Assembly (NCBI GenBank): GCA_032718475.1
Contig: JAUCBJ010003587.1
Location: 1-47,312, forward strand
Direction of reading: 5' to 3'
From: Nemertoderma westbladi
Taxonomy: Eukaryota > Animalia > Xenacoelomorpha
Length of the DNA stretch: 47,312 nt
The position numbers were made by a program, and so were the translations under genes. Shown here piece after piece: positions 1 to 11,390 of the stretch (position 1 is the stretch's first letter; each line of letters starts with the position of its first letter). Below the pieces are notes generated by a model. The model did not search any database. It saw only the letters and a program-made list of their open reading frames with translations, and was not told where the DNA came from.

Positions 1-2098
1 TATATATTAACTACTATTAATATACGAAAAATGGTAATCCTTTACAAACCATCGAATATAGGTACATAATTTAGGAAAAAGCTTAGAGATAGGTACTTTA
101 CATTTATTCGAAATATTCTTAATATTATATCCGCTAGTGGATCTACAATCAAATAAGGTAATATTGGCTAGAAATCTTATAGTGGGTTTGTCTGAATACA
201 AAATGTACTGGCAAATTTAATAAAACGTGAGCATAACATTGAATGTGGATAAGGAAAATCTAATAAACCTTCGATGAAATATCTATATGTGTTGTAAGGT
301 AAAGCACATATACTAAACGAACGTTAATATTCCAACTTGTAATTAATTTAGTACAAATATCCCCAAAAAGGTTCCAGAGATTATTACCGTAGAAACTAGT
401 TGCGTAAATTCGCTGAATTTGTAAAATACTATTGGGATGGGAGAAATGAAATTCCTGACGTAGTTTAATTTACCTCTAAATTTAGCACGTTTACAATTGA
501 TATCAGTATTAAATAAACACGAAAAATCAAATGAGTTACCGAGATGCATTGCCTCTTTCACCCACAGCAAAACAACTCCGTTTAATGAAATCATAACGGA
601 AGGTGGGTTAAACTTAAAACCAAATGGAACACATTTAGATTTACTTTTACCTGGATCTACGTTAGTACTAAAACTCATATTAAATTCTGATGCAAATTGA
701 ACACAAATAGAAAGCATGCGCTGTAATCCTAAAATGGATGGGCATAATAATAAAATATCATCGGCGTAAACGAAACAACATGGCATCCCAAATTACTTTC
801 CCGTAAACGGATTATTAATTTGTTAATTACCAGACAAAATAGAATAGGTGATGAGATCGCACCCTGCTTAACACCATTAGAAATACTAAAAGAATTTGAA
901 AAAGCTGATCCCCATCTTACACAGCATGATTGACCTTTATACATCCAAATAAGAACCCTAAGAAATAACGGTGAAAACCCCTTCTTTAATAACTCCAAAA
1001 ATAAAGATTTCCATTCGATCATATCGAAGGCCTTAGTTAAGTCTAGAAAACACCCAAACACGGGTGTTGAAAACCTCTTATAAAAAGAAATTGTTTCCTT
1101 AGCCGCCCAGCTACACATAATGGTACTAGAGTTGGGCTGGAAACCAAACTGTAGTTCATCTAATTTAAAGTTATCTTCCTGAGAAATTAGTATAACCCAT
1201 TCAAACACTTTAATAATTAATGATGAAATCGCAATAGCCCTATAATTAGTAGAAGATTAGTCATACTCCCAAGTTTATCTTTAATTATTGGTACAAGAGC
1301 AAAACGCAATAAAAATAATGGTACATATCCGTGTACTACAAATGCATTGAATAGGTTAGAAAGATGTTTTGCTAAATCAACGTTAGCGTTCTTTAAACAG
1401 TCTGAATTAAAAATATTATCGACATCTGACTTAGCAGATTTCAACTTATTTAGTGCACAAGTAACTAATTCCTGTGTAATTAAATCACAAACCGATGAAT
1501 TTAAACTAGAAATTTGTTCATTAATACTACTTTCAATAAATGATAAATCAGAGTCGTACCCTCTATTACATAAATCCCTATATATAGAAGCGAACTCATT
1601 AGCAATAGAAATATCATCAGTTGCACCATCTACAGTAGAAATACAACCAGTGGAGCTATTGCCTCTTAAATTACGTATTTCTGAAAATATATTAATACTA
1701 GAATTTGTTAAACAGGCATTTAGTAACTTATCCTTATTTATGAAGTCTACTTTTCTTTTCAGTCTACGCACAGCAAACTTACACTGTGCTCTAGAAGTAC
1801 GTCTCATGTGGAATAAATTACCCGAACCCGCATTAGGTTTTCCTGCGGATAACCATAAACTATGCCAGAATATAGCATCTTCTTTGAATGGTCGTACTTA
1901 CTCATTCCAACCTGGAAGAGTATAGCTCATATTTCTGTTACTATTGCCACCAGACCCTGGTAGCACAGAAGCGGCATCATTAAGAGCTTCTAGTATCTTA
2001 CTGGTATAGTCATCAATATTACCTATATGACTTAAATCCTCACAAAAAATATCAGCACAAACTGTACATGTTAAATTACTTAACCGATCAGAAAGAGT

Positions 2099-2303
2099 TT
2101 GTTTAAATAGTTCTGGCTGCTCGTTATTAGCTTTACGAAAATTTGGCTTTGAAGGACAATCTCTAAGCACATTGGAATCTTCTAAATTATCTACATAAAA
2201 TTGTTTAAATAGTTCTGGCTGCTCGTTATTAGCTTTACGAAAATTTGGCTTTGAAGGACAATCTCTAAGCACATTGGAATCTTCTAAATTATCTACATAA
2301 AAT
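2099..2303. repeat. Exact 102-bp in-frame tandem duplication inside the LINE
   Basis: The 34-aa block FYVDNLEDSNVLRDCPSKPNFRKANNEQPELFKQ appears twice in ORF 1898-2332; the DNA repeat is visible directly. Confidence 0.9.
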
Positions 2304-3011
2304 TTAAAATAAATAGGTGAGTGGTCAGACAAATTAGCACCCGAGTGTGCAACTGTGCAACCCCAGCTTCATAACATGCAAACAATAAAGATTGAGAAAC
2401 TATAAAATGATCTAAAGTAGAGAAAAATAAGTCATCGTTCTGATTGAAAATACATGTATAATCGATATCAAATTTATCCCATGTAACTAACAGATTATTA
2501 TCACTAACAAACTTACGGAGGTGGTTAACATGAGCTGTATGCCTAGAAAAGTCGGCATTAAAATCACCAGTTACTAAAATATTATTACTATTGGCACTAT
2601 TTACAATATTGAGAATTTCATTCATAACTTCCAAATATTCATCACTAACTGACATATCTGACACTAACTGATATACTAACTGAAATATGTGTTAATCAGA
2701 ACGATATCTTTTGAATTTGGGAATATCAGATTAACATGTTGCAACCGTTTGCTGTTAGTCTTAATTAAAGACACATATTTAGAGATCGACTTTTTAACTA
2801 AAACACAGAGACCAGCCGAAGCTCGCCCGCGATGTTCTGGATTACTGTCTGAGTAGAATGCTGGAACAAAGTAGCAGTCAAAGTTCGGGAAACGTCGTCT
2901 TAAATAATTAAAGTTATCTTTCTGAATAAAAAGTTCTTGCAGACAAATAATGTCCGCACTGAGCGACAGGTATTTGATAAATTCGGCCTTATCCTCAGAG
3001 AACCCCCTACT

Positions 3012-4756
3012 ACTACTACTACTACTAGGATCGGCATGCTGCATTGCAGCTGCATTTTTAAGAATGCTGTGCCGGCTTGTCAACAAAATTGCACCGCCAC
3101 AACTCCCTATCACCCATGACATTTGCTAGATCATCCGCATCTTTAAGGCCAGTGTCCTTTAAGATGCGTCTCAAGAAAGTCATGGGCTGTCCACCATGCT
3201 TATTCACTCCATGAGGCTGCCAAAGTACAAGATTATGCACTGGCTGGTCCTCACGGCGAAAGCAATGTCCTGCAAAGCGGAGGCGATTTTGTTCTAGTGT
3301 CAAGCTTGGGGGAACCAATGAGACACCTCCAATGTTATATAGTGTCTGGTTGGAGATGTGTGCATTGTACTTGACACAATGTACCCGGCGTAGCATTCTT
3401 GTGAATGTGCCATCCAGAGATTTGGTGTCCTCAGCAGTTAGAGCCCAGCTTGGACTCCCGTAGAGGAGTACTGGAACTACTGCTGCTCTAAATAATCGGA
3501 CCTTAAGTTTCCGATTAATTCTAGGTCTCGATTCTAGGAATCAGAGACTTCCAAATCCTGGAAAGCCTATTCAAGGCTGCCCATGCCTTTCCCTTACGTA
3601 TTCGAAGGTCCTCACCTGACTTCCGGATCCATGATCCCAGGTAACAGAAGTCGTCCACATGCTCAAGCATACCATCCTTTGAGCTTATGCTCATCCGATC
3701 AGAGACTTGCTGAGGACTTTCAAAGTTAACTGTCAGAATTTTGGTCTTTCTGGAGTTAATAAAAAGACCAACACTAGAAGCAGCATGTTCTAATGAGCTG
3801 AGGAGGCGCTGGGCTCCATCTAATGATTCTGAGAGTACACCTAAGTCATCAGCAAAGTCTAGATCAGTTAGGTACTTGGCAGGATTTCCTCGACTTCTGG
3901 AGCCAGTAGGTGGAGTTATCATCACCCCATCATCATTATGATGATCTAAGGACATGCGTAGAACATAGTCAACCACAATAATGAACAAGAATGGTGCAAG
4001 TGTGTCTCCTTGGAGGACGCCCCATAACACTTCAAATGGTTCTGTGTCACCGTCAACAGTAGACACAAATGTTGTCGAACCATCGTATACTGATCTGATT
4101 GCTGCAATAATTTCATCAGGAATCCCATATAATGAAAGTATGCTGAACATACGTGAGCGAGAGACTGAATCAAAGGCCTTGAAGAAGTCAACAAAGATAA
4201 CAGCCAGATGCCTGTCTTTCTTTTTTGATAACTCTTCAATTATCCTTCTAAGTGCCAAAATGGGCTCCATGGTCCCACGACCTTTACGGAACCCATTCTG
4301 ATTTCCACGTAGCAGTCTCTCAATGGGATCCCTGATGCGATTTAATAGAATTCTATTGTATAGTTTTGCAGCAATCGAGATCAATGAGATTCCCCGAAAC
4401 GAACCATAGAGTGTTAGGTTGCCCTTCTTGGGAACTGGCACCAACTTATTTCTTTTCATTTCTTGTGGGACTCTTGTTGTACGGTACATGTCTACTATGA
4501 TGGGATAGATGAGCTTTAAACACTCAGGTATTTTAAAGACCTCAGGGGGAACACCATCTACTCCACTGGCACGATTGGTCTTAATGCTCTTTGCAGCAGC
4601 CTTCACTTCTGCAAAGGAGATATCGCCAATGGGAATATCTGGGAGTACAGACTCAGACACTTTTACTTCTATAAAGTTATCAGGCAATACCCTGTCATTA
4701 TTGAGGTGCTTTTCAAAGTATGCTTTCCAACCATTGAGGCAATCCATAGTGGGGGT
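3012..4756 (-). mobile_element. RTE-clade LINE family A, truncated and internally deleted copy with (TAG)n tail and 17-bp TSD
   Basis: Near-identical to 23602-25291. TSD TCAGAGAACCCCCTACT at 2995-3011 and 4757-4773. RT motifs FVDFFKAFD, GVLQGDTLAP, DLDFADD. Frameshift near 3530. Confidence 0.95.
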
Positions 4757-6359
4757 TCAGAGAACCCCCTACTGTTGAAAGAAATAACATTGAAGCCGTA
4801 TTGATTATTTTTCGAGATTATCGGTGATGTTGTTGGATTGGATGCCATTTTCAAAATTACTTAAAACAATTAACAAACAATGCAACAGCGACAAAAAAAC
4901 ATAGAATGACCAATAAAACTACAGAAGCATTAAATTAATTAATAAAGCTATTTCCTATTGATCTATACTTATTATTTTATACTATTATACTATGGAGTCT
5001 GCAGCATTTTGTTATGTCGACTGGAGAGGAAGATCGAAAGATAAAGGTATTACAGATGTCAAACAGGGCCTCTATGAGATGACCTTAATAAACTGGGTAG
5101 CAGCCGGTGATGCATCATCCAGGGTAAAGGTGGGAAGTTCTAGTACACCCACCCTTTCATCATATTTGTTCCGCTTACATGTTTAATGCTAAAGTTGAAG
5201 ATGAGCTTCCAATGGTGTGTTTGCAAACTGTTACGAATGAGGGATTGATCTGATTGAAAATAAAAATGAAACAGTAACTGTATATGTCATTAATATTTTA
5301 CCACATCATTGATGATGTGAATATTAATCTCTGATTTTGCAGGTAAAGATACTGATTGCAGAACACATCACTTAAGCATATAGAAAGAAGTAGGATTGAG
5401 CATAATAGAAATAGAGATACGCCTAACTACCTCACCGATTACATACAACATTTCATCAACATGTTTGTTGTATAGGCTATTTAATTGCTTGAGTGATTAA
5501 AGGCTTAATAATGCATAATAATGATAGTAAACAGAATAGGCTTTATTACCAAGATGATACATTGAGTGAGATCTGTAAGCTACATAAATTAAGCTAAATA
5601 ATCTATTTTATACCAAAAATAACGTATTTATAATGGACATTTCGGGAAAGATTGTAGTTTGAATAAACTACACCAAAATAATCACCGAAATATACTACAC
5701 TATGAAATACATTGGATGTAAGTGAAACATCAGCTATAAATTATTTTCCTAAAAATGGCGGATTTAACCTCAAATACATTGGGTAAATAATATAACAACT
5801 GAATCATTCTATGAAAAAAAGCGAGAGGTTCCTGTAATGTGTTCTAATGCTGCTGCTGTATGTGTATGCCTGCTATTCATGCCTACTAACCCACAATTCC
5901 TTGCAATTCTGGTATTTAGGCATATTCGTACATATCCAAAGTCTAACCGGGACCAGAGAGCTAAGTGTGCTTCCGGAACAATGGTTTACTCCGAGTCAGG
6001 GTTAGTGAAAAGGCAATTTTGTGGAAAAAAAATACCTTTCAAATAGCCTTTTCTTCCCTTATGACCGAGCCCTTGATGTATAATATTAACCTCACTAGCT
6101 AAGGGGCGCACAGGGTCATCGGGAAAAAAGACGATTTGTTTTCCTTGTAATGAATAGTTAATAATAAACCGCCAATAAACTTAATATTTATTAAAATATT
6201 AATCCCCGCGCAGCGAATCCTTAACTAATAAAGCTGATGGGCTGGCTATGTTCGCAAACTTGCCACGGTGTGATTTATATGGAGGGTGGATTTGCTAGCT
6301 AAATACAAGCGGACTATCGGTGGTCAATACAGTTTGGTATAAAATATCACAAAGTACAA

Positions 6360-8640
6360 CTACTACTACTAGGTCGAGCGAACTCGGACAGTGGAAATGA
6401 GATCCTTCCAGGCTTCCCGATTCTCCATAGTTGTCGCAATTTCGTTTCTCCCAAGTTCAGTATCCCTTTCAAGTTGATCTATATATGTTATGGCAGGTCG
6501 TCCACGACTACGCTTTCCATGAGTTGGTTGCCAGAGAAGTAGATCTGGTATGACCTCGTCTTTACTTCGCCAGCAGTGCCCACTGAATCTTAATCTGCAT
6601 TCACGGAGGGTGGTTGATACAGGTGGTATTGTACCATAAAGCTCGGCGTTTGTCATGTGTTGTCTCCAGCTGATGTTTAGGGCTGCCCTTAGTAGTCTTG
6701 TGTAGCAACCATCAATTCGTTGTTCAAGTGATTTAGTCAGTGTCCAGGTCTCACCGCCGTATAAAAATACACTTTCCACTGTGGCTCGAAAGAACTTAGT
6801 CTTCAGGTGCCTGGAGAGATCTGATTTCCAGATGGTATCCATTTTTGATAGAGCTACCCAAGCCTTTGCTTTCCTAACTTCTATGTCCTTTTTGCTACTC
6901 TCTATCCATGATCCAAGGTACTGGAAGTCATCGACCTTCCTTAGTTGATTATTATCAATGGTTGTCAAGTTTCCATCAACATTAAAGGTCATGAATTCGG
7001 TCTTGGTAGCATTTATATGTAATCCGACCTCCTTAGCAGCCCTCTCCACTTTATTTAGTAGAAGCTGTGCATCTGCTAGCGTATTAGAGAGCAGGGCGAT
7101 GTCATCCGCAAAGTCGGTGTCTGTGACTGTAGTTGCCGGATATCTACTACTTCTGCGTTCTTGAAGTGTGACTCCCAGATCTTCACCCTTTGTGGCCGTC
7201 CTCATTGCGTAATCCAGCACAATTACAAATAGTAATGGTGCTAATGTGTCACCTTGCAGTACGCCAGCCAGGATTGAGAAAAACTCAGTTTCACCATCTG
7301 GTGAGAGTACCTGCGCTTCTGTGTCACAATATAACAATCCAATGCCAGCAACAATTACTTCTGGTATTCCATAAGCTCTTAGGATTTCAAGCATTTTACC
7401 TCTATGGATGGAGTCGAATGCCTTCTTGAAGTCCACAAAAGTCATGACTGCGGGGAGATTCTTTGACTTAATTCCTTCAATCAGTCTCCGTAGTGCAAGT
7501 ATCTGAGCTATTGTTGATCTACTTGGTCGAAATCCGTTTTGGCTCTTACACAGTAGTTTCTCTATGTGAGGCCTAATCCTATATAGTATCATTTTATTGA
7601 ATATTTTGGCAGCTACCACAAGCAGACAGATCCCACGATAGTTTGTTGGTATGCCGAGGTCTCCTTTCTTGGGGAGAAGCTTTAGTTGACCTTTAGTCCA
7701 AATTGGTGGTGGCTTTTCCCCTTTTAACATCCGGTTGCAAACATTCAATAATGGTCTATTTAGCACTCCGGTTTTCCATACCTCCGCTGGGATTTCATCT
7801 AATCCACTCGCTTTATTATTGGACATGCTTTTAATGCTTCTTTGGAGTTCGGCAGGTGTGAAGTCCCCTGTTTCTATAGGTAGTGTCTTGTCATATATTT
7901 TCCTTGTAGGGCTGACCTCGATGTTTGGTGGCTGCCCAAGCAAGTTGCTGAAGTGATTTTTCCACTTCCCAACACGTTCTTCAGGACTATCGGCTTTGAG
8001 GCGCCCCTTTGCACAACTTTTCCGACCAGATACCTCATTTACAGTTTGCCAGGTAAGTCTTGATTGTTGCTGTATGTGAGCAGTTGTAATTGCTTCAGTT
8101 TTATCCTGTATGTACTTTTCCTGGCTGATGTTGTAGGCCAATTTAAGATCGTCCTTAGCTTTCTCAACCTTGTTAATGTTTTCGGTTGTTGGTTGTTCGG
8201 TTTTAACTTTGTAGGCTATAAGATCTTCTCTCTTACAAGTAACCTCAGAGTTTTGCCATGGCACATACTGTTTTCGTTTAGGTTTCTGGGGGATATGCCT
8301 CTTAGCTGATTCCTTGTGGGCTGTTATTATATTCTGGTATATTGAATCGGTGGATTGGTCTTCATCCATTGACTGAAGTGCTTCAAAGCGGTTTCGAACT
8401 TCTACTGTATAAGCATCCTTTACAGCATTGTCAGTTCTGAGTTTCTCCCAGTCATAGTTGATTTGCTTGGTTGTCCTGGGTTAGCTGGCTCTCAAACTGA
8501 GTCTGATCTCTGCAGTCACAATTCTGTGGTCCGAACCAATTAGGTTGAACGAGCTGTATGTCTCGCAGTTGATCATGCTATTTCGCCACTTTTTGTTTAT
8601 AAGGATGTAATCCAGTTGTGCTTTGGTTCCATTAGGGTAT
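6360..8640 (-). mobile_element. RTE-clade LINE family B, 5'-truncated; RT ORF 6369-8369
   Basis: 666-aa ORF with QNGFRPSRST, FVDFKKAFD, GVLQGDTLAP, DTDFADD, LRFSGHC. Upstream in-frame APE tail (QLDYILINKKWRNS..GSDHR) ends in a premature stop. TSD AAAGTACAA at 6351-6359 and 8641-8649; (TAG)4 tail. Confidence 0.95.
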
Positions 8641-9516
8641 AAAGTACAAAATGGAATATTATTAGAATTAATATTATATTAATAAACTTTATAGGATTAC
8701 AGAGAAGAGCATTATAGTACCGGTAGGGATTGCAATATCAATGAGAGTGGTATTTTTTTTTATCGAAAATGGAAATATTTTATTTAAAAGAAAGGCCTTA
8801 TTTATTTTATTAAAAATAAAAGATAATCATTAAATTTTATTTCGCATCACGTTATATCAATATCAAACTATAAAGATGGTGCCGCTAGAGGGCGTATTAT
8901 TAAGAAGTTCTTAGCTTCTTTCCTGTCTCAATCAATTTTTCCGCAGATTTTTGGACAATGTGTTGTGGCATTTCACTCCCTGATTGGCTAGAGCTACAAT
9001 AAGGCCTACTATACTACAATAATATACTATTAGTTGGCACACTGGGAAGAGCTATTCAGCTGGCTGGATAATACATTACAAACTTGTGTAGCCTAGTATA
9101 CTACAATAATATACTATTAGTTGGCACACTGGGAAGAGCTATTCAGCTGGCGGGACAATACATTACAAACTTGTGTAGGCCTAGTATACTACAATAATAT
9201 ACTATTAGTTTATTATAGGAAGGGATCTAGGGGTCTTAACCTCGAATGATATGATTCCTAAATTTGTACACTGCCTGGTTAAAAAGTATGCATGGGATGG
9301 GATTAGTCCTACAAATGCGCCAATAAAAGATAAGTTATTTTCGGTAAAATAAACTTACCATTCGAGTTTAAGACCCCTAGATCCCTTCCTATAATAAATA
9401 TATAATAACAAACACCACGAAAAAAACAGCTTGCCAACACATTGTTACTATCAATAATAAAAATCAGGGGCTAATAAAACGGCAGCTGAATTTGAAATTA
9501 ATACTCCATATCTCAA

Positions 9517-9576
9517 GAACCTGTGGCCTAGTGGTTGTTGTCTCGGCTTCCACCTCGAGGTCCCAGGTTCGAATCC
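9517..9576 (+). promoter_or_regulatory. tRNA-derived internal Pol III promoter (A box + B box)
   Basis: A box TGGCCTAGTGG at 9524-9534 and B box GGTTCGAATCC at 9566-9576 with tRNA spacing; anticodon-like arm CTCGG-CTTCCAC-C(T)CGAG; no 3' acceptor strand. Confidence 0.85.
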
Positions 9577-9579
9577 GAC

Positions 9580-9622
9580 ACCACGCTGAAGAGACCCAGT
9601 AAGGTCGAAACGCGTACGTGGT
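9580..9622 (+). ncRNA. Minimal type I hammerhead ribozyme (PLE/retrozyme type)
   Basis: Stem I ACCACG/CGTGGT; core CTGAAGA (9586-9592); stem II GACC-CAGTAA-GGTC; GAAA (9607-9610); palindromic stem III ACGCGT; cleavage triplet GTA, cut after 9616. Confidence 0.9.
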
Positions 9623-10111
9623 TTGGAGAGATATGAGATATTAATTTCAAGAAAAATTACGCGATTCCTAAATTTGTACACTGCCCAGTTAAAAAGTACG
9701 CATGTGATGGGATTAGTCCTACAATTGCGCCAATAAAAGATAAGTTATTTTCGGTAAAATAAACTTATCATTCGAGGTTAAGACCCCTAGATCCCTTCCT
9801 ATAATAAATATATAATAACAAACACCTCGAAAAATACAGCTTGCCAACACATTGTTACTATCAATGCTATTAGTTGGCACACTGGGAAGAGCTATTCAGC
9901 TGGCGGGGTAATACATTATATACTATTAGTTGGCACACTGGGAAGAGCTATTCAGCTGGCGGGATAATACATTACAGACTACTACAATAACATGTATAGG
10001 CCTACTATACTACAATAATATAATACTATTAGTTGGCACACTGGAAAGAGTTATTCAGCTGGCGGGATAATACATTACAAACTACTACAATAACATGTAT
10101 AGGCCTACACC

Positions 10112-11390
10112 AACTATTAGGCCCTCATGAGCACCAGCAGAGCTGGTGTTTCTATCATTGAGTCTATGGCAATTTTCGTGTTATGGGGCTAATTTTCTAA
10201 ATAAATAAAAGACACTTTAATAAATTTTTTCGAAACTTTTTTCCACATCCTGGTTGAGCTGCGTCGATTGATATAACTTTCATTGACGGACGAACTATAG
10301 CTTCGGAGAAGTTCTCCTTATATACTGGACATACATACATATATAGATAATGAATACTTTTACAGTAAGAAGCAGGGCTCCACAAAATGCAGAAACCCGA
10401 AAACTATGTTTCCGGAAGGTTCTGAAAAATTACGAAGATTTTTGACTCACTAAAAACCTGAGATGCAATGGAAATATAATTTATGCACCTAAACAATAAT
10501 TGAAACCCCCAACAGTAGATCGAATTTACAAAATTATACCATATATGGAATTTCATAAATTACAAATATTAATTTCATAATTACATATCGGTTTCATATA
10601 GAAACCGACCAAAAAGGGATAAAGAATGTTCTGAGAAAAGTAAAAAACTAATGTTAGAAAAAAATAAATTTTTGAACAAATTTACTATAAAAATTTCTGA
10701 ATTTCAAGTCAATATCTTATGGCCCAGTGAATTAAAAATGCTTCGGAATATCATTTATTTCCAATCAATTACAATCTTATTGCTTAATCTTATATTTTTA
10801 ACAATATAATAATGTCAGTATGTTGAAAAATTTATTTATAGAGAGCTAACAAATTTGAATCCATTAGAAGACGGGGGAAGGGGAATTCCGGGTTAGGTAG
10901 GCAGGAGTTGACAAATCATATTTGGAGTATTATTTGGACAGTATTATTTGGATTCTTTTTTAAAGTCACAATGCTTATGTATATAATTAGAATAATATTC
11001 AAATGAAGCAATGTAATGATGGACTGGAAACTGGACTGGCACTGGAATTATACTTCTCAACAGCTCAGTACATGGAATGGTTCAACTATTAGTTGACTTT
11101 ACCATTCAGTTGGATATAAGCAGCGGCCGACTGCAGTGGTTTACACTAATTAATTTATGACGATCTTGAATACGGGGGAAAATATTCAAATTCAAATTGA
11201 TATAAATAAATAAAATAAGAATTAAAATCAGCTGACAAAGTGCTGCAGCCCTATGCATTCAACCATCCCCCAATATGCTCGCTTTCACTCTAGGAGAGTG
11301 TGACACTGTTTTTCGATTAAAAATTGTGGTTTCCGGAAGGTTTCAAATTTTGTGGAAGCGTGGTAAGAAGTCCTAACGAACTTCTAATAA
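10112..11390 (-). mobile_element. Helentron/DINE-1-like non-autonomous element, interrupted by a hAT element
   Basis: With the hAT removed, the minus strand begins TTATT-AGAAGTTC-GTTA-GGACTTCT (hairpin), followed by a (TATG)n microsatellite, and ends with hairpin CACCAGC/GCTGGTG and ...CTAATAGTT. Confidence 0.5.
10373..11362. mobile_element. Non-autonomous hAT-like element
   Basis: 8-bp TSD GTAAGAAG at 10365-10372 and 11363-11370; imperfect TIR CAGGGCTCCACAAAAT / ATTTTGTGGAAGCGTG; subterminal GTTTCCGGAAGGTT at both ends. Confidence 0.8.

Larger units (their letters stand above)
1..4854 (-). mobile_element. Decayed non-LTR retrotransposon ORF2 (APE endonuclease + RT), CR1/L2-group (clade not firm); interrupted by an RTE insertion at 3012-4756; 3' end runs off the window
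   Basis: Frameshifted minus-strand ORFs in colinear order: NVISFNSRGFSE..IICLQE, GDFNADF, LDHFIVS, SDHSPI (APE); QFGFQPNSST, FLDLTKAFD, GVKQGAISSPILF, YADDILLL (RT). The N-terminus in ORF 4669-4854 rejoins ORF 2676-3122 across the insertion. Confidence 0.9.
9211..9866 (+). mobile_element. Non-autonomous retrozyme/SINE-like element: ~1.5 copies of a 410-nt monomer plus an inverted 5' segment
   Basis: Direct repeat 9253-9455 / 9663-9865 (period 410). 9211-9251 is the reverse complement of 9766-9806. TSD CTATTAGTT at 9202-9210 and 9867-9875. Contains Pol III boxes and a hammerhead. Confidence 0.85.
8995..10110. repeat. Minisatellite, ~88-bp unit (TATTAGTTGGCACACTGGGAAGAGCTATTCAGCTGGCGGGATAATACATTAC...), ~5 copies, interrupted by the 9211-9866 insertion
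   Basis: Unit repeats near 9030, 9118, 9870, 9926 and 10030. Confidence 0.85.

Noticed and set aside
4992-5186. Possible host exon or LINE ORF1 remnant
   Set aside because: Short, no recognisable motif and no supported splice structure.
9517-9590. Functional tRNA-Gly(TCC) gene
   Set aside because: The T-stem is broken and there is no 3' acceptor strand; only the promoter boxes remain, within a repeat element.
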